64,000 nucleotides of DNA from Auanema rhodensis (taxonomy: Eukaryota > Animalia > Nematoda): positions 17,918,001-17,982,000 of the forward strand of contig OZ059898.1 in NCBI GenBank assembly GCA_964057225.1, given 5' to 3'. The position numbers and the translations under genes were made by a program. The notes under the pieces are model-generated. The model was not told the origin of the DNA and did not search any database. It worked only from the letters and a program-made list of their open reading frames with translations. Shown here one piece after another: positions 1-12,914 of this stretch; position 1 is the first letter of the stretch, and every line of letters begins with the position of its first letter.

Positions 1-2
1 TA

Positions 3-178
3 CAAAATTAGATTTCGCATGTCCATATTAGTCTAAAAACAAATTTTTGTTGATATTGGTGCATGGTAACCATGACTTTGAAATTTACGTGAACTTTAAT
101 TTATGCTAATTAAGTGTACACGTGATGTGCACTTGGTATGTAACTCGCTTCACGTGAAAGATAAAGAGATGCGGTTTT
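3..178 (+). repeat. Representative monomer (176 bp, ~32% GC)
   Basis: First complete copy in the window. Consensus: caaaattagatt(c/t)c(c/g/t)catgtccatattagtctaaaaacaaatttttattgatattggtgcatggtaaccatgactttgaaatttacgtgaactttaatttatgctaattaagtgtacac(g/a)tgatgtgcacttggtatgtaactcgcttcacgt(g/c)aaagataaagagatgcggtttt. Confidence 0.97.
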
Positions 179-3100
179 CAAAATTAGATTCCGCATGTCC
201 ATATTAGTCTAAAAACAAATTTTTATTAATATTGGTGCATGGTAACTATGACTTTGAAATTTACGTGAACTTTAATTTATGCTAATTAAGTGTACACATG
301 ATGTGCACTTGGTATGTAACTCGCTTCACGTGAAAGATAAAGAGATGCGGTTTTCAAAATTAGATTCCTCATGTCCATATTAGTCTAAAAACATATTTTT
401 ATTGATATTGGTGCATGGTAACCATGACTTTGAAATTTACGTGAACTTTAATTTATGCTAATTAAGTGTACACGTGATGTGCACTTGGTATGTAACTCGC
501 TTCACGTGAAAGATAAAGAGATGCGGTTTTCAAAATTAGATTCCCCATGTCCATTTTAGTCTAAAAACAAATTTTTATTGATATTGGTGCATGGTAACTA
601 TGACTTTGAAATTTACGTGAATTTTAATTTATGCTAATTAAGTGTACACATGATGTGCACTTGGTATGTAACTCGCTTCACGTCAAAGATAAAGAGATGC
701 GGTTTTCAAAATTAGATTTCGCATGTCCATATTAGTCTAAAAACAAATTTTTATTGATATTGGTGCATGGTAACCATGACTTTGAAATTTACGTGAACTT
801 TAATTTATGCTAATTAAGTGTACACGTGATGTGCACTTGGTATGTAACTCGCTTCACGTGAAAGATAAAGAGATGCGGTTTTCAAAATTAGATTCCTCAT
901 GTCCATATTAGTCTAAAAACGAATTTTTATTGATATTGATGCATGGTAACCATGACTTTGAAATTTACGTGAACTTTAATTTATGCTTATTAAGTGTACA
1001 TGTGATGAGCACTTGGTATGTAACTCGCTTCACGTGAAAGATAAAGGGATGCGGTTTTCAAGATTAGATTCCCCGTGTCCATATTAGTCTAAAAACAAAT
1101 TTTTGTTGATATTGGTGGATGGTAACCATGACTTTGAAATTTACGTGAACTTTAATTTATGCTAATTAAGTGTACACGTGATGTGCACTTGGTATGTAAC
1201 TCGCTTCACGTGGAAGATGAAGAGATGCGGTTTTCAAAATTAGATTTCGCATGTCCATATTAGTCTAAAAACAAATTTTTATTGATATTGGTTCATGGTA
1301 ACCATGACTTTGAAATTTACGTGAACTTTAATTTATGCTAATTAAGTGTACACATGATGTGCACTTGGTATGTAACTCGCTTCACGTGGAAGATGAAGAG
1401 ATGCGGTTTTCAAAATTAGATTTCGCATGTCCATATTAGTCTAAAAACGAATTTTTATTGATATTGGTGCATGGTAACCATGACTTTGAAATTTACGTGA
1501 ACTTTAATTTATGCTAATTAAGTGTACACATGATGTGCACTTGGTATGTAACTCGCTTCACGTGAAAGATAAAGAGATGCGGTTTACAAAATTAGATTTC
1601 GCATGTCCATATTAGTCTAAAAACAAAGTTTTATTGATATTGGTGCATGGTAACCATGACTTTGAAATTTACGTGAACTTTAATTTATGCTAATTAAGTG
1701 TACACGTGATGTGCACTTGGTATGTAACTCGCTTCACGTGAAAGATAAAGAGATGCGGTTTTCAAAATTAGATTCCGCATGTCCATATTAGTCTAAAAAC
1801 AAATTTTTATTAATATTGGTGCATGGTAACTATGACTTTGAAATTTACGTGAACTTCAATTTATGCTAATTAAGTGTACACATGATGTGCACTTGGTATG
1901 TAACTCGCTTCACGTGAAAGATAAAGAGATGCGGTTTACAAAATTAGATTTCGCATGTCCATATTAGTCTAAAAACAAATTTTTGTTGATATTGGTGCAT
2001 GGTAACCATGACTTTGAAATTTACGTGAACTTTAATTTATGCTAATTAAGTGTACACGTGATGTGCACTTGGTATGTAACTCGCTTCACGTGAAAGATAA
2101 AGAGATGCGGTTTTCAAAATTAGATTCCGCATGTCCATATTAGTCTAAAAACAAATTTTTATTAATATTGGTGCATGGTAACTATGACTTTGAAATTTAC
2201 GTGAACTTTAATTTATGCTAATTAAGTGTAAACATGATGTGCACTTGGTATGTAACTCGCTTCACGTGAAAGATAAAGAGATGCGGTTTTCAAAATTACA
2301 TTCCTCATGTCCATATTAGTCTAAAAACGAATTTTTATTGATATTGATGCATGGTAACCATGACTTTGAAATTTACGTGAATTTTAATTTATGCTAATTA
2401 AGTGTACACGTGATGTGCACTTGGTATGTAACTCGCTTCACGTGAAAGATAAAGAGATGCGGTTTTCAAAATTAGATTCCTCATGTCCATATTAGTCTAA
2501 AAACGAATTTTTATTGATATTGATGCATGGTAACCATGACTTTGAAATTTACGTGAACTTTAATTTATGCTAATTAAGTGTACACATGATGTGCACTTGG
2601 TATGTAACTCGCTTCACGTGAAAGATAAAGAGATGCGGTTTTCAAAATTAGATTCCTCATGTCCATATTAGTCTAAAAACGAATTTTTATTGATATTGAT
2701 GCATGGTAACCATGAGTTTGAAATTTACGTGAACTTTAATTTATGCTTATTAAGTGTACACGTGATGTGCACTTGGTATGTAACTCGCTTCACGTGAAAG
2801 ATAAAGGGATGCGGTTTTCAAAATTAGATTCCCCATGTCCATATTAGTCTAAAAACAAATTATTATTGATATTGGTGCATGGTAACCATGACTTTGAAAT
2901 TTACGTGAACTTTAATTTATGCTAATTAAGTGTACACATGATGTGCACTTGGTATGTAACTCGCTTCACGTGAAAGATAAAGAGATGCGGTTTACAAAAT
3001 TAGATTTCGCATGTCCATATTAGTCTAAAAACAAATTTTTATTGATATTGGTGCATGGTAACCATGACTTTGAAATTTACGTGAACTTTAATTTATGCTA

Positions 3101-6100
3101 ATTAAGTGTACACATGATGTGCACTTGGTATGTAACTCGCTTCACGTGAAAGATAAAGAGATGCGGTTTACAAAATTAGATTTCGCATGTCCATATTAGT
3201 CTAAAAACAAAGTTTTATTGATATTGGTGCATGGTAACCATGACTTTGAAATTTACGTGAACTTTAATTTATGCTAATTAAGTGTACACGTGATGTGCAC
3301 TTGGTATGTAACTCGCTTAACGTGAAAGATAAAGAGATGCGGTTTTCAAAATTAGCTTCCGCATGTCCATATTAGTCTAAAAACAAATTTTTATTAATAT
3401 TGGTGCATGGTAACTATGACTTTGAAATTTACGTGAACTTTAATTTATGCTAATTAAGTGTACACATGATGTGCACTTGGTATGTAACTCGCTTCACGTG
3501 AAAGATAAAGAGATGCGGTTTTCAAAATTAGATTCCGCATGTCCATATTAGTCTAAAAACAAATTTTTATTGATATTGGTGCATGGTAACCATGACTTTG
3601 AAATTTACGTGAACTTTAATTTATGCTAATTAAGTGTACACGTGATGTGCACTTGGTATGTAACTCGCTTCACGTGAAAGATAAAGAGATGCGGTTTTCA
3701 AAATTAGATTCCCCATGTCCATATTAGTCTAAAAACAAATTTTTATTGATATTGGTGCATGGTAACTATGACTTTGAAATTTACGTGAACTTTAATTTAT
3801 GCTAATTAAGTGTACACATGATTTGCACTTGGTATGTAACTCGCTTCACGTCAAAGATAAAGAGATGCGGTTTTCAAAATTAGATTTCGCATGTCCATAT
3901 TAGTCTAAAAACAAATTTTTATTGATATTGGTGCATGGTAACCATGACTTTGAAATTTACGTGAACTTTAATTTATGCTAATTAAGTGTACACATGATGT
4001 GCACTTGGTATGTAACTCGCTTCACGTGAAAGATAAAGAGATGCGGTTTTCAAAATCAGATTTCGCATGTCCATATTAGTCTAAAAACAAATTTTTATTG
4101 ATATTGGTGCATGGTAACCATGACTTTGAAATTTACGTGAACTTTAATTTATGCTAATTAAGTGTACACGTGATGTGCACTTGGTATGTAACTCGCTTCA
4201 CGTGAAAGATAAAGAGATGCGGTTTTCAAAATTAGATTCCGCATGTCCATATTAGTCTAAAAACAAATTTTTATTGATATTGGTGCATGGTAACCATGAC
4301 TTTGAAATTTACGTGAACTTTAATTTATGCTAATTAAGTGTACACGTGATGTGCACTTGGTATGTAACTCGCTTCACGTGAAAGATAAAGAGATGCGGTT
4401 TTCAAAATTAGATTCCCCATGTCCATTTTAGTCTAAAAACAAATTTTTATTGATATTGGTGCATGGTAACTATGACTTTGAAATTTACGTGAATTTTAAT
4501 TTATGCTAATTAAGTGTACACATGATGTGCACTTGGTATGTAACTCGCTTCACGTCAAAGATAAAGAGATGCGGTTTTCAAAATTAGATTACGCATGTCC
4601 ATATTAGTCTAAAAACAAATTTTTATTGATATTGGTGCATGGTAACCATGACTTTGAAATTTACGTGAACTTTAATTTATGCTAATTAAGTGTACACGTG
4701 ATGTGCACTTGGTATGTAACTCGCTTCACGTGAAAGATAAAGAGATGCGGTTTTCAAAATTAGATTCCTCATGTCCATATTAGTCTAAAAACGAATTTTT
4801 ATTGATATTGATGCATGGTAACCATGACTTTGAAATTTACGTGAACTTTAATTTATGCTTATTAAGTGTACATGTGATGAGCACTTGGTATGTAACTCGC
4901 TTCACGTGAAAGATAAAGGGATGCGGTTTTCAAGATTAGATTCCCCGTGTCCATATTAGTCTAAAAACAAATTTTTGTTGATATTGGTGGATGGTAACCA
5001 TGACTTTGAAATTTACGTGAACTTTAATTTATGCTAATTAAGTGTACACGTGATGTGCACTTGGTATGTAACTCGCTTCACGTTAAAGATAAAGAGATGC
5101 GGTTTTCAAAATTAGATTCCCCATGTCCATATTAGTCTAAAAACAAATTTTTATTGATATTGGTGCATGGTAACCATGACTTTGAAATTTACGTGAACTT
5201 TAATTTATGCTAATTAAGTGTACACGTGATGTGCACTTGGTATGTAACTCGCTTCACGTGAAAGATAAAGAGATGCGGTTTTCAAAATTAGATTCCTCAT
5301 GTCCATATTAGTCTAAAAACGAATTTTTATTGATATTGATGCATGGTAACCATGACTTTGAAATTTACGTGAACTTTAATTTATGCTTATTAAGTGTACA
5401 TGTGATGAGCACTTGGTATGTAACTCGCTTCACGTGAAAGATAAAGGGATGCGGTTTTCAAGATTAGATTCCCCGTGTCCATATTAGTCTAAAAACAAAT
5501 TTTTGTTGATATTGGTGGATGGTAACCATGACTTTGAAATTTACGTGAACTTTAATTTATGCTAATTAAGTGTACACGTGATGTGCACTTGGTATGTAAC
5601 TCGCTTCACGTGAAAGATAAAGAGATGCGGTTTTCAAAATTAGATTCCCCATGTCCATATTAGTCTAAAAACAAATTTTTATTGATATTGGTGCATGGTA
5701 ACCATGACTTTGAAATTTACGTGAACTTTAATTTATGCTAATTAAGTGTACTCGTGATGTGCACTTGGTATGTAACTCGCTTCACGTGAAAGATAAAGAG
5801 ATGCGGTTTTCAAAATTAGATTCCTCATGTCCATATTAGTCTAAAAACAAATTTTTATTGGTATTGGTGCATGGCAACTATGACTTTTAAATTTACGTGT
5901 ACTTTAATTTATGCTAATTAAGTGTACACATGATGTGCACTTGGTATGTAACTCGCTTCACGTGAAAGATAAAGAGATGCGGTTTACAAAATTAGATTTC
6001 GCATGTCCATATTAGTCTAAAAACAAAGTTTTATTGATATTGGTGCATGGTAACCATGACTTTGAAATTTACGTGAACTTTAATTTATGCTAATTAAGTG

Positions 6101-9100
6101 TACACGTGATGTGCACTTGGTATGTAACTCGCTTCACGTCAAAGATAAAGAGATGCGGTTTTCAAAATTAGATTTCGCATGTCCATATTAGTCTAAAAAC
6201 AAATTTTTATTGATATTGGTGCATGGTAACCATGACTTTGAAATTTACGTGAACTTTAATTTATGCTAATTAAGTGTACACATGATGTGCACTTGGTATG
6301 TAACTCGCTTCACGTGAAAGATAAAGAGATGCGGTTTTCAAAATCAGATTTCGCATGTCCATATTAGTCTAAAAACAAATTTTTATTGATATTGGTGCAT
6401 GGTAACCATGACTTTGAAATTTACGTGAACTTTAATTTATGCTAATTAAGTGTACACGTGATGTGCACTTGGTATGTAACTCGCTTCACGTGAAAGATAA
6501 AGAGATGCGGTTTTCAAAATTAGATTCCGCATGTCCATATTAGTCTAAAAACAAATTTTTATTGATATTGGTGCATGGTAACCATGACTTTGAAATTTAC
6601 GTGAACTTTAATTTATGCTAATTAAGTGTACTCGTGATGTGCACTTGGTATGTAACTCGGTTCACGTGAAAGATAAAGAGATGCGGTTTTCAAAATTAGA
6701 TTCCTCATGTCCATATTAGTCTAAAAACAAATTTTTATTAATATTGGTGCATGGTAACTATGACTTTGAAATTTACGTGAACTTTAATTTATGCTAATTA
6801 AGTGTACACATGATGTGCACTTGGTATGTAACTCGCTTCACGTGAAAGATAAAGAGATGCGGTTTTCAAAATTAGATTCCGCATGTCCATATTAGTCTAA
6901 AAACAAATTTTTATTGATATTGGTGCATGGTAACCATGACTTTGAAATTTACGTGAACTTTAATTTATGCTAATTAAGTGTACACGTGATGTGCACTTGG
7001 TATGTAACTCGCTTCACGTGAAAGATAAAGAGATGCGGTTTTCAAAATTAGATTCCCCATGTCCATATTAGTCTAAAAACAAATTTTTATTGATATTGGT
7101 GCATGGTAACTATGACTTTGAAATTTACGTGAACTTTAATTTATGCTAATTAAGTGTACACATGATTTGCACTTGGTATGTAACTCGCTTCACGTGAAAG
7201 ATAAAGAGATGCGGTTTTCAAAATCAGATTTCGCATGTCCATATTAGTCTAAAAACAAATTTTTATTGATATTGGTGCATGGTAACCATGACTTTGAAAT
7301 TTACGTGAACTTTAATTTATGCTAATTAAGTGTACACGTGATGTGCACTTGGTATGTAACTCGCTTCACGTGAAAGATAAAGAGATGCGGTTTTCAAAAT
7401 TAGATTCCGCATGTCCATATTAGTCTAAAAACAAATTTTTATTGATATTGGTGCATGGTAACCATGACTTTGAAATTTACGTGAACTTTAATTTATGCTA
7501 ATTAAGTGTACACGTGATGTGCACTTGGTATGTAACTCGCTTCACGTGAAAGATAAAGAGATGCGGTTTTCAAAATTAGATTCCCCATGTCCATTTTAGT
7601 CTAAAAACAAATTTTTATTGATATTGGTGCATGGTAACTATGACTTTGAAATTTACGTGAATTTTAATTTATGCTAATTAAGTGTACACATGATGTGCAC
7701 TTGGTATGTAACTCGCTTCACGTCAAAGATAAAGAGATGCGGTTTTCAAAATTAGATTTCGCATGTCCATATTAGTCTAAAAACAAATTTTTATTGATAT
7801 TGGTGCATGGTAACCATGACTTTGAAATTTACGTGAACTTTAATTTATGCTAATTAAGTGTACACGTATGTGCACTTGGTATGTAACTCGCTTCACGTGA
7901 AAGATAAAGAGATGCGGTTTTCAAAATTAGATTCCTCATGTCCATATTAGTCTAAAAAACGAATTTTTATTGATATTGATGCATGGTAACCATGACTTTG
8001 AAATTTACGTGAACTTTAATTTATGCTTATTAAGTGTACATGTGATGTGCACTTGGTATGTAACTCGCTTCACGTGAAAGATAAAGGGATGCGGTTTTCA
8101 AGATTAGATTCCCCGTGTCCATATTAGTCTAAAAACATATTTTTGTTGATATTGGTGGATGGTAACCATGACTTTGAAATTTACGTGAACTTTAATTTAT
8201 GCTAATTAAGTGTACACGTGATGTGCACTTGGTATGTAACTCGCTTCACGTGAAAGATAAAGAGATGCGGTTTTCAAAATTAGATTCCCCATGTCCATAT
8301 TAGTCTAAAAACAAATTTTTATTGATATTGGTGCATGGTAACCATGACTTTGAAATTTACGTGAACTTTAATTTATGCTAATTAAGTGTACTCGTGATGT
8401 GCACTTGGTATGTAACTCGCTTCACGTGAAAGATAAAGAGATGCGGTTGTCAAAATTAGATTCCTCATGTCCATATTAGTCTAAAAACAAATTTTTATTG
8501 GTATTGGTGCATGGCAACTATGACTTTTAAATTTACGTGTACTTTAATTTATGCTAATTAAGTGTACACATGATGTGCACTTGGTATGTAACTCGCTTCA
8601 CGTGAAAGATAAAGAGATGCGGTTTACAAAATTAGATTTCGCATGTCCATATTAGTCTAAAAACAAAGTTTTATTGATATTGGTGCATGGTAACCATGAC
8701 TTTGAAATTTACGTGAACTTTAATTTATGCTAATTAAGTGTACACGTGATGTGCACTTGGTATGTAACTCGCTTAACGTGAAAGATAAAGAGATGCGGTT
8801 TTTAAAATTAGATTCCGCATGTCCATATTAGTCTAAAAACAAATTTTTATTAATATTGGTGCATGGTAACTATGACTTTGAAATTTACGTGAACTTTAAT
8901 TTATGCTAATTAAGTGTACACATGATGTGCACTTGGTATGTAACTCGCTTCACGTGAAAGATAAAGAAATGCGGTTTTCAAAATTAGATTCCGCATGTCC
9001 ATATTAGTCTAAAAACAAATTTTTATTGATATTGGTGCATGGTAACCATGACTTTGAAATTTACGTGAACTTTAATTTATGCTAATTGAGTGTACACGTG

Positions 9101-12100
9101 ATGTGCACTTGGTATGTAACTCGCTTAACGTGAAAGATAAAGAGATGCGGTTTTTAAAATTAGATTCCGCATGTCCATATTAGTCTAAAAACAAATTTTT
9201 ATTAATATTGGTGCATGGTAACTATGACTTTGAAATTTACGTGAACTTTAATTTATGCTAATTAAGTGTACACATGATGTGCACTTGGTATGTAACTCGC
9301 TTCACGTGAAAGATAAAGAAATGCGGTTTTCAAAATTAGATTCCGCATGTCCATATTAGTCTAAAAACAAAGTTTTATTGATATTGGTGCATGGTAACCA
9401 TGACTTTGAAATTTACGTGAACTTTAATTTATGCTAATTAAGTGTACACGTGATGTGCACTTGGTATGTAACTCGCTTAACGTGAAAGATAAAGAGATGC
9501 GGTTTTTAAAATTAGATTCCGCATGTCCATATTAGTCTAAAAACAAATTTTTATTAATATTGGTGCATGGTAACCATGACTTTGAAATTTACGTGAACTT
9601 TAATTTATGCTAATTGAGTGTACACGTGATGTGCACTTGGTATGTAACTCGCTTAACGTGAAAGATAAAGAGATGCGGTTTTTAAAATTACATTCCTCAT
9701 GTCCATATTAGTCTAAAAACGAATTTTTATTGATATTGATGCATGGTAACCATGACTTTGAAATTTACGTGAACTTTAATTTATGCTAATTAAGTGTACA
9801 CATGATGTGCACTTGGTATGTAACTCGCTTCACGTGAAAGATAAAGAAATGCGGTTTTCAAAATTAGATTCCGCATGTCCATATTAGTCTAAAAACAAAG
9901 TTTTATTGATATTGGTGCATGGTAACCATGACTTTGAAATTTACGTGAACTTTAATTTATGCTAATTAAGTGTACACGTGATGTGCACTTGGTATGTAAC
10001 TCGCTTAACGTGAAAGATAAAGAGATGCGGTTTTTAAAATTAGATTCCGCATGTCCATATTAGTCTAAAAACAAATTTTTATTAATATTGGTGCATGGTA
10101 ACCATGACTTTGAAATTTACGTGAACTTTAATTTATGCTAATTAAGTGTACACGTGATGTGCACTTGGTATGTAACTCGCTTCACGTGAAAGATAAAGAG
10201 ATTCGGTTTTCAAAATTAGATTCCCCATGTCCATATTAGTCTAAAAACAAATTTTTATTGATATTGGTGCATGGTAACCATGACTTTGAAATTTACGTGA
10301 ACTTTAATTTATGCTAATTAAGTGTACTCGTGATGTGCACTTGGTATGTAACTCGCTTCACGTGAAAGATAAAGAGATGCGGTTTTCAAAATTAGATTCC
10401 TCATGTCCATATTAGTCTAAAAACAAATTTTTATTGGTATTGGTGCATGGCAACTATGACTTTTAAATTTACGTGTACTTTAATTTATGCTAATTAAGTG
10501 TACACATGATGTGCACTTGGTATGTAACTCGCTTCACGTCAAAGATAAAGAGATGCGGTTTTCAAAATTAGATTCCTCATGTCCATATTAGTCTAAAAAC
10601 AAATTTTTATTAATATTGGTGCATGGTAACCATGACTTTGAAATTTATGTGAACTTTAATTTATGCTAATTAAGTGTACACATGATGTGCACTTGGTATG
10701 TAACTCGCTTCACGTGAAAGATAAAGAGATGCGGTTTTCAAAATTAGATTCCTCATGTCCATATTAGTCTAAAAACGAATTTTTATTGATATTGATGCAT
10801 GGTAACCATGACTTTGAAATTTACGTGAACTTTAATTTATGCTTATTAAGTGTACACGTGATGTGCACTTGGTATGTAACTCGCTTCACGTGAAAGATGA
10901 AGGGATGCGGTTTTCAAAATTAGATTCCCCATGTCCATATTAGTTTAAAAACAAATTTTTGTTGATATTGGTGGATGGTAACCATGACTTTGAAATTTAC
11001 GTGAACTTTAATTTATGCTAATTAAGTGTACACGTGATGTGCACTTGGTATGTAACTCGCTTCACGTGAAAGATAAAGAGATGCGATTTTCAAAATTAGA
11101 TTCCCCATGTCCATATTAGTCTAAAAACAAATTTTTATTGATATTGGTGCATGGTAACCATGACTTTGAAATTTACGTGAACTTTAATTTATGCTAATTA
11201 AGTGTACACATGATGTGCACTTGGTATGTAACTCGCTTCACGTGAAAGATAAAGAGATGCGGTTTTCAAAATTAGATTTCGCATGTCCATATTAGTCTAA
11301 AAACGAATTTTTATTGATATTGGTGCATGGTAACCATGACTTTGAAATTTACGTGAACTTTAATTTATGCTAATTAAGTGTACACGTGATGTGCACTTGG
11401 TATGTAACTCGCTTCACGTGAAAGATAAAGAGATGCGGTTTTCAAAATTAGATTCCCCATGTCCATATTAGTCTAAAAACAAATTTTTATTGATATTGGT
11501 GCATGGCAACCATGACTTTCAAATTTACGTGAACTTCAATTTATGCTAATTAAGTGTACACGTGATGTGCACTTGGTATGTAACTCGCTTCGCGTCAAAG
11601 ATAAAGAGATGCGGTTTTCAAAATTAGATTCCCCATGTCCATATTAGTCTAAAAACAAATTTTTGTTGATATTGGTGGATGGTAACCATGACTTTGAAAT
11701 TTACGTGAACTTTAATTTATGCTAATTAAGTGTACACGTGATGTGCACTTGGTATGTAACTCGCTTCAAGTGAAAGATAAAGAGATGCGGTTTTCAAAAT
11801 TAGATTCCCCATGTCCATATTAGTCTACAAACGAATTTTTATTGATATTGATGCATGGTAACCATGACTTTGAAATTTACGTGAACTTTAATTTATGCTT
11901 ATTAAGTGTACACGTGATGTGCACTTGGTATGTAACTCGCTTCAAGTGAAAGATAAAGAGATGCGGTTTTCAAAATTAGATTCCTCATGTCCATATTAGT
12001 CTAAAAACGAATTTTTATTGATATTGATGCATGGTAACCATGACTTTGAAATTTACGTGAACTTTAATTTATGCTTATTAAGTGTACACGTGATGTGCAC

Positions 12101-12914
12101 TTGGTATGTAACTCGCTTCAAGTGAAAGATAAAGAGATGCGGTTTTCAAAATTAGATTCCCCATGTCCATATTAGTCTAAAAACAAATTTTTATTGATAT
12201 TGGTGCATGGTAACTATGACTTTGAAATTTACGTGAACTTTAATTTATGCTAATTAAGTGTACACATGATGTGCACTTGGTATGTAACTCGCTTCACGTC
12301 AAAGATAAAGAGATGCGGTTTTCAAAATTAGATTTCGCATGTCCATATTAGTCTAAAAACAAATTTTTATTGATATTGGTGGATGGTAACCATGACTTTG
12401 AAATTTACGTGAACTTTAATTTATGCTAATTAAGTGTACACATGATGTGCACTTGGTATGTAACTCGCTTCACGTCAAAGATAAAGAGATGCGGTTTTCA
12501 AAATTAGATTCCCCATGTCCATATTAGTCTAAAAACAAATTTTTGTTGATATTGGTGGATGGTAACCATGACTTTGAAATTTACGTGAACTTTAATTTAT
12601 GCTAATTAAGTGTACACGTGATGTGCACTTGGTATGTAACTCGCTTCACGTGAAAGATAAAGAGATGCGGTTTTCAAAATTAGATTCCTCATGTCCATAT
12701 TAGTCTAAAAACGAATTTTTATTGATATTGATGCATGGTAACCATGACTTTGAAATTTACGTGAACTTTAATTTATGCTTATTAAGTGTACACGTGATGT
12801 GCACTTGGTATGTAACTCGCTTCAAGTGAAAGATAAAGAGATGCGGTTTTCAAAATTAGATTCCCCATATCCATATTAGTCTAAAAACGAATTTTTATTG
12901 ATATTGATGCATGG

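Noticed and set aside
3-178. Identity with Brassica CentBr (176 bp), Arabidopsis CEN178 or alpha satellite; or a 5S rRNA/tRNA/snRNA tandem unit
   Set aside because: Only the length is similar. I recognise no sequence similarity, Pol III boxes or cloverleaf structure. A database search is needed to name the family.
11588-11606. Possible CENP-B box at ttcg-containing variants (cttcgcgtcaaagataa; tttcgcatgtccatatt)
   Set aside because: These lack the CGGG element of the NTTCGNNNNANNCGGGN consensus.
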